The notes beneath the pieces were generated by a model that saw nothing but the letters and a program-made list of their open reading frames with translations, was not told where the DNA came from and made no database searches. Below are positions 1-8,958 of a stretch of DNA of 52,491 nucleotides, one piece after another. Source of the DNA: Chloroflexota bacterium (lineage in GTDB: Bacteria; Chloroflexota; Limnocylindria; Limnocylindrales; CSP1-4). The stretch lies in contig JANYJI010000185.1 in assembly GCA_025358525.1 (NCBI GenBank), forward strand, positions 1 through 52,491, read 5' to 3'. The stretch's first letter is position 1; every line of letters starts with the position of its first letter. The position numbers and the translations under genes were made by a program.

Positions 1-1347
1 CACGATAACGACGTGGCCGGTTGGCGGCGGGTTGTAGGCCATCTCGACCAGGCCGGTGATGCCGGAGTGGACGAACGTGGAGTCGCCGATAATCGAGACC
101 ACGCGCCGCGCCTCCTCGTCCGGCAGGACGTGGCGCAGGCCGAGACCCACGCCGATCGATGCGCCCATGGCAACGCACGTGTCCATTGCCTGGTACGGCG
201 GCAGCACGCCCAACGTGTAGCAGCCGATGTCGCCGGCGACGATGCAGTCGTGCTTCTTGAGAGTGGCGTAGACGGTGTGATACGGGCAGGCCGGGCACAG
301 CTCGGGCGGTTTGCCGCGAGCCGGGGGCGGCTCGGGGCTCATGTCGGCGGCCAAAATGCGGCGCACCCGGGTGACATCCAGCTCACCGAAGCGGTACATC
401 TCCGCCTTCGACTCAACGGCGATGCCGGCGGCGCGAAGAGCGTCGGCGACGATTGGATCGCCCTCCTCGATCACGACCGCACGATCCACACCGGCCACGA
501 ATACCCGGGCTTTCTCGAGCGGCAGCGGGTTGACCAGGCCGATCTTGAGGAAGCTCGCGCCGGGAGCGGCCTCGGCGGCATGCAGGTACGAGACGCCGCT
601 GGCGATGATGCCCAGCGCGCCCTCGCCGGGTTGGCCGGGTTGGCCGGGTTGGCCGCGCTGGCCGGGCTCTACGCGGTTGAGCCCACATTCCTCGCCCCAG
701 GCCGCGATCTCCGCCAGCTTGGCCCGTAGACGGCGGTGGGCCGGACGGGCGTAGGCCGGGATCATCACCCGGCCGGCGATGTCGTGCTCGAAGTGCGGCG
801 TTGGCGTGGCGGCGCCCAGGGCGTCACCGTTCCGCGGCACAACGGTCGACTTCGAATGACAGACACGCGTCGTCATGCGGAAGATGACCGGCAGGTGCCA
901 GCGCTCAGAAATCTCGACCGCCGTGAAGAAGAAGTCGTACGCCTCCTGCGAGTCCGCCGGTTCGATCGCGGGCAGACCGGCGGCGACGGCATAGCGACGG
1001 TTGTCCTGCTCGTTCTGCGAGGACGACATGCCGGGGTCGTCGGCGCTCACAACGATCAGGGCGCCGCTGACGCCCGTGTAGGCCGCAGTGAAGAGCGGAT
1101 CGGCGGCTACGTTCAGGCCGACGTGCTTCATGGTCACGAGCGTCCTGGCGTTCGCGTAGGCGGCGCCGAGGCCAACCTCCAGCGCCACTTTCTCGTTGGG
1201 CGCCCATTGGGCCTTGCCGCCGAGCGTAGCGAAGGTCTCGAGGATCTCGGTCGACGGCGTGCCCGGATAGCCGGTGCCAAGCGCCACGCCCGCGTGGAGC
1301 GCCGCCTGGGCGACCGCCTCGTCCCCCGACAGGAGTTGCCGATTCAT
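1..1347 (-). CDS. iorA: indolepyruvate/2-oxoacid:ferredoxin oxidoreductase alpha subunit; C-terminal end runs off the left edge
   Basis: Absent from the ORF track because it is open to position 1. My translation of the minus strand from ATG 1347-1345 reads MNRQLLSGDEAVAQAALHAGVALGTGYPGTPSTEILETF... then ...CPACPYHTVY...GDIGCYTLG...IIGDSTFVHSGITGLVEMAYN. These are IorA-type N-terminal, Cys and TPP-binding signatures. Confidence 0.8.
   Translation of the reverse strand, partial: MNRQLLSGDEAVAQAALHAGVALGTGYPGTPSTEILETFATLGGKAQWAPNEKVALEVGLGAAYANARTLVTMKHVGLNVAADPLFTAAYTGVSGALIVVSADDPGMSSSQNEQDNRRYAVAAGLPAIEPADSQEAYDFFFTAVEISERWHLPVIFRMTTRVCHSKSTVVPRNGDALGAATPTPHFEHDIAGRVMIPAYARPAHRRLRAKLAEIAAWGEECGLNRVEPGQRGQPGQPGQPGEGALGIIASGVSYLHAAEAAPGASFLKIGLVNPLPLEKARVFVAGVDRAVVIEEGDPIVADALRAAGIAVESKAEMYRFGELDVTRVRRILAADMSPEPPPARGKPPELCPACPYHTVYATLKKHDCIVAGDIGCYTLGVLPPYQAMDTCVAMGASIGVGLGLRHVLPDEEARRVVSIIGDSTFVHSGITGLVEMAYNPPPTGHVVIV
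625..669. repeat. in-frame 9-nt tandem repeat GCCGGGTTG x3 plus two degenerate copies, inside iorA
   Basis: Read directly: gccgggttg gccgggttg gccgggttg gccgcgctg gccgggctc. On the coding (minus) strand it gives ...GQRGQPGQPGQPGEG... Confidence 0.85.
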
Positions 1348-1770
1348 CCGCATGCTCTCGCTAAGACCACAGTTTTCGACCAGACACTGGGCGTCGCACC
1401 CATGATGGCCCGCACAAATTCGGCGCGCGGCCACGAACTCAAACGCGGTCGCATCAGGGCCGCCGGCCGGATGATACGTCTCCGGGCCTGAAGGCGACCT
1501 TCCCCGCTCAATGCATCGTGCGTAAGGCCCGCACTTCTCGGCGCGGCATGGCATCCTGCCAGATTCAAATCCCCATAGCACGAGTCCGAATCGCGACACC
1601 GCGAGGGCAGTCTCAAGCCCGCCCACGAACCCAACGCCGAACTGTCCCACGCTCGCTAGCCTGTCGCCAGCGGCGGCGATCGGTCGTTGAGTGGCCCAAT
1701 TCCCGATCCTGAGGTCGGCAATCCCGCCCCCTGCTACCCCCATTGGCAGATGACAGGAACGCCCTGGGGG

Positions 1771-1861
1771 CCTGCCGCCACCGGCCCGCCGCACCGGCCT
1801 GCCGCCACGGGCCCGCCGCCACGGGCGGCTCAGCGCGCCGCCACCGGCCCGCCGCCACGGG
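1771..1861. repeat. array of six 11-14 nt GC-rich motifs (consensus CCyGCCGCCACsGG) just 3' of tRNA-Val
   Basis: Copies at 1771, 1785, 1798, 1812, 1837 and 1848, with an 11-nt interruption at 1826-1836. Each pair can also fold as a short GC hairpin (GCCCG...CGGGC). Confidence 0.8.
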
Positions 1862-1891
1862 CGCGGCTGCGACCCAGTTCAGCAAGAAGAG

Positions 1892-1968
1892 TGGTGGGCG
1901 ATACTGGACTCGAACCAGTGACCTCACGGATGTGAACCGTGCGCTCTAGCCAACTGAGCTAATCGCCC
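1892..1968 (-). tRNA. tRNA-Val (anticodon CAC), CCA encoded
   Basis: The reverse complement folds as a cloverleaf. Acceptor GGGCGAT/ATCGCCC, D arm GCTC-AGTTGGCTA-GAGC, anticodon arm CACGG-TTCACAT-CCGTG, variable AGGTC, T arm ACTGG-TTCGAGT-CCAGT, discriminator A, then CCA. Confidence 0.92.
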
Positions 1969-1997
1969 ACGTGCACGTCTGGGCGTGACGGACGCCG

Positions 1998-2003
1998 ATT
2001 ATA
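1998..2003 (-). promoter_or_regulatory. candidate -10 box (TATAAT) for tRNA-Val
   Basis: Minus strand reads GTCGCTATAATCGGCG. The perfect TATAAT ends about 30 nt upstream of the mature tRNA 5' end. No convincing -35 was seen. Confidence 0.35.
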
Positions 2004-2085
2004 GCGACAGGGAGGCAGACGGGCGATTGCCCCCGATGCCGGCGACCACGACGAGCGGCCACCGAGCGGCCACCGCCCAGAGCGC

Positions 2086-2397
2086 CTAGACCTTGATTCC
2101 GGGCCAGCGCTGGACTACCCGCTGCGGAGTGACGTCGTCCACCATGATCAACTTGTGGCGTCCCGTGGCGCCCGCGACCAGACGAACGGAGCTACGCGAA
2201 ACGTCCAGTTCCTCGGCCAGAAGCCGAACGAGGGCCGTGTTGGCGGCGCCGCCCACGGCCGGGGCCGAGACTCGGGCCTGTAGAACTCCCTCTTCGGAAA
2301 CCCCGTCAACCCGATCGGCTCCACCGCGCGGCATAAGGTGCACGGCAAATCGAACCGAGGCGCGGGTGTAATCGTGCGGGCGGTTGTCCGTGTCCAT
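2086..2397 (-). CDS. DUF167 (YggU-like) protein
   Basis: 103 aa. VSAPAVGGAANTALVRLLAEELDVSRSSVRLVAGATGRHKLIMV matches the DUF167 core (P..GkAN..l...la..l.v....v.i..G..sr.K). Lies next to yggS, as is common. Confidence 0.8.
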   Translation of the reverse strand: MDTDNRPHDYTRASVRFAVHLMPRGGADRVDGVSEEGVLQARVSAPAVGGAANTALVRLLAEELDVSRSSVRLVAGATGRHKLIMVDDVTPQRVVQRWPGIKV

Positions 2398-2456
2398 GAC
2401 GGGCCGATTATGTACCTTCGGCCCGAAGGTCCCGTCCGGCCTGCCCTCGATCCCGC

Positions 2457-3191
2457 CTACCGGCCTGCCACGGCGCCTGGACGAGCCCCGAATAGGGCCC
2501 TACCAACCCGGACGATCGTCGCTCCCTCCTCGACCGCAATCGGGTAGTCATCGGTCATCCCCATCGATAGCCCGGTGCCGAGCGCCCCGACTCGACCTCG
2601 CAGGCGCTCCGACAGTTCGCGCAGACGGCTGAAGGTGGACCGAGCCTCCTCAGCTGAGCCGACCAGCCTGCCGACCGTCATCAGTCCGAGCAGGCGCAGA
2701 TTCCCAAGCTCGGCGAGGGCCTGCAGCTCCGCTTCCAGTGTCTCAGGGCGGAGGCCCGATTTTGCCTCGTCGCGATCGACGTTGACCTGGAGGTATATCC
2801 CGAGCCCGCCGGCTGCCCGCCCTGCTTCACCGGCGAGGCGGTCGAGACGTCGCGCCAGATCGACCGAATCGACCGACTCGACGACGTCGAATAGCTCGAC
2901 CGCGCGACGGGCCTTGTTGGACTGCAGTGGGCCAATCAGATGCCACCGAGCCCCGGCCAGCAGCGGTGCCTTCGACTCAGCCTCCTGGACCCTGTTCTCG
3001 CCGAGCAGCGTCAGGCCGGCTGCAACCGCCGCTTCCAGCCGTGTAACAGCCACGGACTTGGAGACAGCCACCAGAGTGACGTCGCCAGGGTCGCGGCCCG
3101 TGCGGACGCACGCCGCGGCGATGGTGTCCAGGACTCGCGACCGAGCCGCCCGGAAACCTGCGATCGCGTCAGGGTCCGGAGGTCGGCCCAA
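2457..3191 (-). CDS. yggS: YggS-family pyridoxal-phosphate-binding protein
   Basis: 244 aa. TLVAVSKSVAV...LLGENRVQEAESKA...WHLIGPLQSNKAR...LSMGMTDDYPIAVEEGATIVRVG are typical YggS/YlmE motifs. Sits immediately downstream of ftsZ. Confidence 0.9.
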   Translation of the reverse strand: MGRPPDPDAIAGFRAARSRVLDTIAAACVRTGRDPGDVTLVAVSKSVAVTRLEAAVAAGLTLLGENRVQEAESKAPLLAGARWHLIGPLQSNKARRAVELFDVVESVDSVDLARRLDRLAGEAGRAAGGLGIYLQVNVDRDEAKSGLRPETLEAELQALAELGNLRLLGLMTVGRLVGSAEEARSTFSRLRELSERLRGRVGALGTGLSMGMTDDYPIAVEEGATIVRVGRALFGARPGAVAGR

Positions 3192-3203
3192 GGCGGCGGG
3201 GCG

Positions 3204-4478
3204 CTAGCCCTTATCCTCTTGCGGAGGCCGCCGCAGGAAGCTCGGAATTTCGAGGTCGGCATCGTCGTACAGCGGCCGCGGGTTCTGTCGGTCCGGGCTG
3301 GGCCGATGGATCGACGCGGCCTGTACCGGAACCGGCACGGGCTGCCGCTCAGGCGCGCCCGTAGGGCCGTAAGTGCCGGCGAAGCGAGTCGGCGACGAAG
3401 CCACCTCGGTGGTGTGAAGCCGCTGTCGATCGAGTTCCTGCAGGAAGTCCACACCCTCGAAGCGAGAGGTGGTAACGACCACCGGCGCCTGCGAGGTGGA
3501 CTCGCGCCGCGCCGGGTCGTGTTTGCGGCTGGCGTCGAAGCCAGTGGCGATGACGGTGATCAGGATCTCGTCCCCGAGGCGCTCGTCGAAACTGGTGCCG
3601 AAGATGATGTTTGCCTCCGGATCCGCTACCGAACGGATCTCCTCGGCCGCCTCAGTAACCTCGAAGAGGCTGAGGTTGGCCGAACCGGCAATGTTGAAGA
3701 GGATGCCCTGGGCACCGTTGATGTTTATCTCTAGGAGCGGGCTGGCGATGGCCTGACGCGTGGCGTCGAGTGCACGGCTGTCGCCGCTAGCCCGGCCAAT
3801 GCCCATCAACGCCGATCCGGCGTCTCTCATGACTGCCCGGACGTCGGCGAAATCCAGGTTGATGAGGCCCGGCACGGTGATGATGTCGCTGATGCCCTGA
3901 ACGCCTTGACGCAGCACGTCGTCCACAAAGCGGAAGGCCTCCACCATGGAGGTGTTCTTCTGAACGACGTCCCGCAGGCGGTCGTTGGGGATGGTGATCA
4001 GCGTATCGACCTTGGCTCGGAGCTCCTCCGCGGCTCGCTCGGCGACGAGCTTGCGACGTGTGCCCTCGAAGGAGAACGGCTTGGTGACGACCCCGATCGT
4101 CAACGCGCCCAGGTCCTTGGCGATCTCGGCCACGATCGGAGCGGCCCCAGAGCCAGTGCCGCCACCCAGACCGGCCGTGATGAAGACCATGTCTGAATCG
4201 CGCAGGGCGTCCGCGATCTTCTCCGCGTCTTCCTCGGCCGCCCTCTGGCCGACGGAAGCATCGCCGCCAGCGCCAAGACCACGCGTGATCTTGTCGCCGA
4301 TGCGGATCTTATGAGGGGCGTCCGACTGAAGGAGGGCCTGCGCATCCGTGTTGCAGGCGATGAACTCGACCCCCATCATCTCGGCTCTGATCATGCGATT
4401 GACGGCGTTGCTACCGCCGCCCCCAACGCCGATCACTCGGATCAGGGCGAAGTTCTCGGAATCGGACCGTAGCGGCAT
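3204..4478 (-). CDS. ftsZ: cell division protein FtsZ
   Basis: 424 aa. [33 protein letters not shown] and NLDFADV motifs, with a C-terminal [13 protein letters not shown] peptide. GGAGGA lies upstream of the ATG. Confidence 0.97.
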   Translation of the reverse strand: MPLRSDSENFALIRVIGVGGGGSNAVNRMIRAEMMGVEFIACNTDAQALLQSDAPHKIRIGDKITRGLGAGGDASVGQRAAEEDAEKIADALRDSDMVFITAGLGGGTGSGAAPIVAEIAKDLGALTIGVVTKPFSFEGTRRKLVAERAAEELRAKVDTLITIPNDRLRDVVQKNTSMVEAFRFVDDVLRQGVQGISDIITVPGLINLDFADVRAVMRDAGSALMGIGRASGDSRALDATRQAIASPLLEININGAQGILFNIAGSANLSLFEVTEAAEEIRSVADPEANIIFGTSFDERLGDEILITVIATGFDASRKHDPARRESTSQAPVVVTTSRFEGVDFLQELDRQRLHTTEVASSPTRFAGTYGPTGAPERQPVPVPVQAASIHRPSPDRQNPRPLYDDADLEIPSFLRRPPQEDKG

Positions 4479-4631
4479 TCCCTATCCTCCGGTGACTCTC
4501 CGGCTGATGCTTGTCGTTCGGTCCGGCCTCCCCCGAGATTAGTAGAGACATCGCGCGTACGGGGCCGGCTCGGATGTCGCCGAGTATACGCCTGCCCGGC
4601 GTTTCATGGGCTGCGAACCGCACACCGAACC

Positions 4632-4652
4632 GTAGTCCCACGAAGGGACTAC
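4632..4652 (-). terminator. stem-loop (8-bp stem, 5-nt loop) downstream of yjbQ, upstream of ftsZ
   Basis: GTAGTCCC-acgaa-GGGACTAC read directly. No U-tract follows, so terminator function is uncertain. Confidence 0.3.
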
Positions 4653-4727
4653 GAACAACCGTTCATATTTTCGAGGGGGAGGAGCCGTAATCGAGCCCAG
4701 GGCCGGTGCGCAGTGTTGAAGACCTGC

Positions 4728-5132
4728 TCATCCGGCCAGAAAACTGAGCCTCACGGTCCGTGTGGCATTGTCCGAATTGGGGTCCAGCAGGGCGATCGAT
4801 TGCCAGATACCGAGGGCCAGCCGGCCGCCCAGGACCGGGACAGTCATCGAGGGCGGCGCCACGATAGCCACCAGGTGGTCCGCACCGTGACCCGTCGAGC
4901 CATGCCGATGGGTCCATCGATCGTCGCGCGGCAGGAGCCGATCCAGGGCCGCCATGAGGTCGGCGTCCGACCCCGACCCCAACTCCATGACCACGACGCC
5001 GGCCGTGGCATGGGGCACGAAGACCACGAGCAGGCCGTCGCCCTCGCCGGCCACGAATTGGGCGCAGGCTTCGGTCAGATCCACCAGGCCCCGGCGGTGG
5101 CCCGTCTGGATCGTCAGTTCGGTGGTCTTCAC
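4728..5132 (-). CDS. yjbQ: YjbQ/UPF0047 family protein (secondary thiamine-phosphate synthase-like)
   Basis: LVVFVPHATAGVVVMELGSGSDADL...RWTHRHGSTGHGADHLVA...LALGIWQSIALLD is the YjbQ signature. I trimmed the track ORF (start 5282, overlapping ftsA) to the in-frame GTG at 5132 (VKTTELTIQT...), giving 134 aa. Confidence 0.8.
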   Translation of the reverse strand: MKTTELTIQTGHRRGLVDLTEACAQFVAGEGDGLLVVFVPHATAGVVVMELGSGSDADLMAALDRLLPRDDRWTHRHGSTGHGADHLVAIVAPPSMTVPVLGGRLALGIWQSIALLDPNSDNATRTVRLSFLAG

Positions 5133-5178
5133 GCGTCGAAGCGAGGGCCGAGGCCAGGCGTGAGTTTCAGCTTGCTGT

Positions 5179-6411
5179 TTACGGGAAGAGGTTGCGCAGG
5201 GCGTCGCGGACGCGCGACGGCAGGCCGCCGGCCGGGGCCGACTCGAAACGCTGAGTCTCACCGTTCTCGAGGTTCTTGGCACCCCAGTAAAGCAAGCCGA
5301 TGGCCGTGCTGTAGGCCGGGTTCATGATGTTGTCCGTCAGTCCGCCGACACCACTCGGGCCGGCCACCCGGACGGGCATGTCCAGCACTTCGCGACCGAG
5401 CGCAGCTGCGCCCGCCAGCTGAGCTGCGCCGCCGGTGAGCACAACGCCGGCCGGGAGCTGCCCCTCGCCAGCGGCTCGGATTTCAGCCCCCAACATCTCG
5501 AAAATCTCGCGCATTCGCGCTTCTATGATCTGACAGACTTCGAGTCGGCTAACGGTCCGTCCGGCCGGCTCGCCCAGCATCGAAACGCTGATGCGTTCGT
5601 CCGGAGCGACGGTCGAGAGATCGCACGTGCCGTTCTGGATCTTGAGATCCTCGGCTACCTGAAGGCTGGTCTTGAGCCCGATGGCCAGGTCGTTTGTTAC
5701 GTTGTTGCCGCCGACCGGAAGCACAGCAGTCTTGAAGGGCGAGCCATCCAGGAAGAGGGCGAGGTCGATTGTGCCCGCCCCGATGTCGGCCACCGCCACG
5801 CCCAGGTCGCGCTCGGTCTCCGAGAGCACCGATTCGGCCGAGGCTAGCGAGCCGGCCACCAACTCGTCGATCCTTACGTTGGAGGCCTGGACGCACTTGG
5901 CCAGGTTCCGGACCGCAGTAGCGGCCGCGGTCACGATATGGGTCTCGATTTCGAGCCGGACGGCGCTCATACCGAGCGGATCTTTGACGCCCTCCTGGCC
6001 GTCCACGATGAAGCCCCGCGGCAGGACATGAAGGACTTCGCGATTCGAGGGAATCGAGACGGCCCGTGCCACTTCCAGAGCGCGCCCGATGTCTTCGCGA
6101 GTGACTTCGCGCTGATGGCCGCTCACTGCCACGGCGCCGCGCGAGTTCTGGCTTTCAACCTGCTGGCCGCCGACGCCAACGAACGCCCGATCGATCTGGT
6201 AGCCGGACAGCCGCTCCGCATGATCGACTGCGCCGGTGATCGAGCGGACAGTCTGGTCGATATTGACCACGACCCCCTTCTTCAGGCCGCTAGCAGGAAC
6301 AGAGCCCTTGCCCACGATCGTCAGGGTGCCATCACGAGCCACCTCACCGATCAGAGCGCAGACCTTGCTGGTGCCGACGTCGATTCCGACGAGCACTGCT
6401 TCGCGTTCCAC
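5179..6411 (-). CDS. ftsA: cell division protein FtsA
   Basis: 410 aa. Actin-fold motifs GIDVGTSKVCALIGE, VADIGAGTIDLALF and VVLTGGAAQLAG. Confidence 0.95.
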   Translation of the reverse strand: MEREAVLVGIDVGTSKVCALIGEVARDGTLTIVGKGSVPASGLKKGVVVNIDQTVRSITGAVDHAERLSGYQIDRAFVGVGGQQVESQNSRGAVAVSGHQREVTREDIGRALEVARAVSIPSNREVLHVLPRGFIVDGQEGVKDPLGMSAVRLEIETHIVTAAATAVRNLAKCVQASNVRIDELVAGSLASAESVLSETERDLGVAVADIGAGTIDLALFLDGSPFKTAVLPVGGNNVTNDLAIGLKTSLQVAEDLKIQNGTCDLSTVAPDERISVSMLGEPAGRTVSRLEVCQIIEARMREIFEMLGAEIRAAGEGQLPAGVVLTGGAAQLAGAAALGREVLDMPVRVAGPSGVGGLTDNIMNPAYSTAIGLLYWGAKNLENGETQRFESAPAGGLPSRVRDALRNLFP

Positions 6412-6554
6412 TCGCTCTCGTCCTCGGTGCTGCCTCGACCGCGAGGCGTTGTCTGCGTGGACCGGCTACCGGCGTCGTTGGCGAACTCGCTTTTCCATGT
6501 CAAGGCTACCCGACCCGAGGGAGAGCCATCAACCCGCGCCTGCACGCCGGGCGC

Positions 6555-7718
6555 CTAGCGCGGCAGATACGTGCTCAAGTGGTCGGAGCTGATGTCGGAC
6601 ACGAGGAAGACCCAGAAGACCTTGGCCTCGCCAAACTGCGCCAGCATCGACCCCAAAACCCGAACCTGCTCAGGTATAACCGCGACTTTCCGAACGTTGG
6701 GAGCGTAGAAGCCGAATTGGGCTACCCAGCCGGTAGGCACGGAGCTAAGGGTGAGACCGTGGTCGTCGTCGAGGACCACGGCCAGGCCCGAAGCCGTGCT
6801 GCCCACGTCGGCCGGCGTCAGGCTCGCCAGGCGGTAGCCTGCGTCCAGGTTGACAGCGTCGATCACGCCGCCCAGACGCAGGCCGGCATCAGCCGCGCGA
6901 CGGTCGTAGACGATGGCCAGCGCCAGCGCGTGCGGACCGGAGGCGGCGTCCGAACCCGCTGTGGGAGCGGCCGCCAGCGACGGTACGATCGACGGGTTCG
7001 GCGTCGGCGTTGGCGGGCCGGCCGGTGACGGTCTTGCGGACGGCGGCGGGCTGACCTTTACGCCCGGCTTGGTGGGTGTCGCCTTGGGGTTGCGGGTCGG
7101 TGTCGTCGAAGGCTTGGGAGTGGGGGTCGGCTTGGGTGTGAGAGTCGCGCTCGGGCGCCCGGAATCGCCCGAGGTGGCGATGGAGGCGGCCGCCCCAGGC
7201 GTGGTGGTCGCGCCGGAGTCCGGCGACGTGGTCGGTAGGGGTCCTGCGCTCGAAACGATCGGGTTGCCGGCTGAGTCGACCTGACCGAACAGCAATCCTT
7301 CCTGGTCGACGACGAAATGCGCTTCGCCGATGACCCAGACCAGCTTGGGCTCCCGCTCGACGATGTCGACGATCACGGTCGAGGGCAGGCGAACCTGCAC
7401 GCTGGCCGACTTCACCGCCGGCAGCCGGACGAGTTCGGCAGCGGCTCGGTCAGTCGCCAATCGGAACAGGTTGGGCGCACCGTCCATGCCGACGATCTTG
7501 CGGATGATCGACTCGCTGGTAAACCTGGCGCCGTGAATCTCCAAGACGCGGCCCGAGAAGGGCGACGCAGAGATCAGGCCGGCGATGCCGAACAAACAGA
7601 CGGCCATGAGGAACGCGGCCACGATCTGAACCGATCGCAGACGGCGGGGCTCGCGTTTCGCCGGGGTACGCCGGACTTGGGACCCGGAACGGCGGTTTGG
7701 GAGGCCGCGGCTGACCAT
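6555..7718 (-). CDS. ftsQ: FtsQ/DivIB-type cell division protein with an internal Pro/Thr-rich insertion
   Basis: 387 aa. Basic N-terminus, one TM (IVAAFLMAVCLFGIAGLI), a POTRA-like segment (VLEIHGARFTSES...VRLPSTVIVDIVEREP), about 105 aa of P/T/S-rich low complexity, then a C-terminal beta domain. Canonical position between ddl and ftsA. Confidence 0.85.
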   Translation of the reverse strand: MVSRGLPNRRSGSQVRRTPAKREPRRLRSVQIVAAFLMAVCLFGIAGLISASPFSGRVLEIHGARFTSESIIRKIVGMDGAPNLFRLATDRAAAELVRLPAVKSASVQVRLPSTVIVDIVEREPKLVWVIGEAHFVVDQEGLLFGQVDSAGNPIVSSAGPLPTTSPDSGATTTPGAAASIATSGDSGRPSATLTPKPTPTPKPSTTPTRNPKATPTKPGVKVSPPPSARPSPAGPPTPTPNPSIVPSLAAAPTAGSDAASGPHALALAIVYDRRAADAGLRLGGVIDAVNLDAGYRLASLTPADVGSTASGLAVVLDDDHGLTLSSVPTGWVAQFGFYAPNVRKVAVIPEQVRVLGSMLAQFGEAKVFWVFLVSDISSDHLSTYLPR

Positions 7719-7725
7719 GCCTGCC

Positions 7726-8958
7726 TCAGCGCGGAAGATCGGCTGTGGTCAGCCGCTGCCGGACGCGGCCGGAATGGCGCTGCACGGCCAGGTCGACGAC
7801 CTTGAGGCAGACGGCCGCAAAGCCGCCGAGGCCGGCGGCCGCCAGCTGCGGAAATAGACTGATCGGTGTGAACCCCGGGATTGTGTTGATTTCGTTGAGG
7901 TAGAGCTTCTCGCCAACCAGCAGGAAGTCGACCCGGGCGAAGCCCTCGCAGCCGATGGCGCGATAGGCATCAATCGCGGTCTGGCGGATTCGCCGGCCCA
8001 AGGCGTCGTCGATCTGAGCGTGGATCGTGGTCTCCGATACGCCGGCGCTGTACTTGGCCACGTAGTCGTAGAACTCGCGGCCGGGGAATACCTCACCCGG
8101 CCCAAAGGCCTCCAGAGACTGCGGCTCGTTGCCGACGACCGCCACCTCGAGTTCGCGGGGATGGTCGAGGTAGCGCTCGATGAGGACAAGCGTGTCGTAG
8201 CGGAAGGCCTCATCCAGGGTCCGGCTCCGTTCCGCAGGCGAATGGGCGATCGCCATCCCGACTGAGGAGCCCATCCGCGCAGGCTTGACCATCAGACGCC
8301 GCTCGTCCACGCGTTCGGAGAAGGCAGCGAGTTTGTCCAGGACGCCCTCGCGATCGCGAGCCCAACTGCTGGCCGCGACCTCCTCCCACTCGACGACCTC
8401 GATACCGAGGCCGCGAACCAGGCGCTTGTACAACGCCTTGTCCATCCCAACGGCGGAGGCTGCCACTCCGGCGCCGGCGTACGGCAGGTCGTAGGCCTCG
8501 AGCAGGGCCTGGACCGTTCCGTCTTCACCAAACGGGCCGTGGAGAGCCGGAAAGACGACGGGCAGCGGACTGCGAGCGGCCATGTCCTCGAGAGCCCGGC
8601 TGGGGCTGCGCGGCCCAGACGCGCCGACGGCGCGAGGGTCGTCGAAAGCGCCCGGGCGCGGACGGCCGTGCGAGGCCGTCGCAGGGACCGACCACCAGCC
8701 GCCGAACAGGTCGATGTAGATGCGTTCGACCGAGAGGCCAGCCTCGGACAGCGCGTCTGCGATTGCCCAGCCCGAGACGACGGACACGTCATGCTCTGCC
8801 GAAGGACCGCCAAGCAGGACCACGACTTGGTGCCCGGTCTGCGGGTCGGCTTGCGCCTGGCCGGCTTTGCCCGCCGTAGATGTGGCCTCCGAGGCCGCCC
8901 TGCCGCCCGCCGTGGCCCCCTCGGTCGTCTCGATCAGCCGGCTCCGCTCGCCTGTCAT
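7726..8958 (-). CDS. ddl: D-alanine--D-alanine ligase
   Basis: 410 aa. VVVLLGGPSAEHDVSVVSG, FPALHGPFGEDGTVQALLE, VKPARMGSSVGM and LNEINTIPGFT motifs. The ATG overlaps the murB TGA (ATGA). Confidence 0.93.
   Translation of the reverse strand: MTGERSRLIETTEGATAGGRAASEATSTAGKAGQAQADPQTGHQVVVLLGGPSAEHDVSVVSGWAIADALSEAGLSVERIYIDLFGGWWSVPATASHGRPRPGAFDDPRAVGASGPRSPSRALEDMAARSPLPVVFPALHGPFGEDGTVQALLEAYDLPYAGAGVAASAVGMDKALYKRLVRGLGIEVVEWEEVAASSWARDREGVLDKLAAFSERVDERRLMVKPARMGSSVGMAIAHSPAERSRTLDEAFRYDTLVLIERYLDHPRELEVAVVGNEPQSLEAFGPGEVFPGREFYDYVAKYSAGVSETTIHAQIDDALGRRIRQTAIDAYRAIGCEGFARVDFLLVGEKLYLNEINTIPGFTPISLFPQLAAAGLGGFAAVCLKVVDLAVQRHSGRVRQRLTTADLPR

Noticed and set aside
1348-1770. Riboswitch or ncRNA in the long iorA leader
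   Set aside because: I read both strands and recognised no known riboswitch core, tRNA-like fold or SRP/tmRNA/6S signature. It cannot be excluded without a covariance-model scan.
1771-1861. Possible CRISPR array next to tRNA-Val
   Set aside because: The units are only 11-14 nt, directly abutting without unique spacers, and no cas genes are nearby. Reported as a tandem motif array instead.
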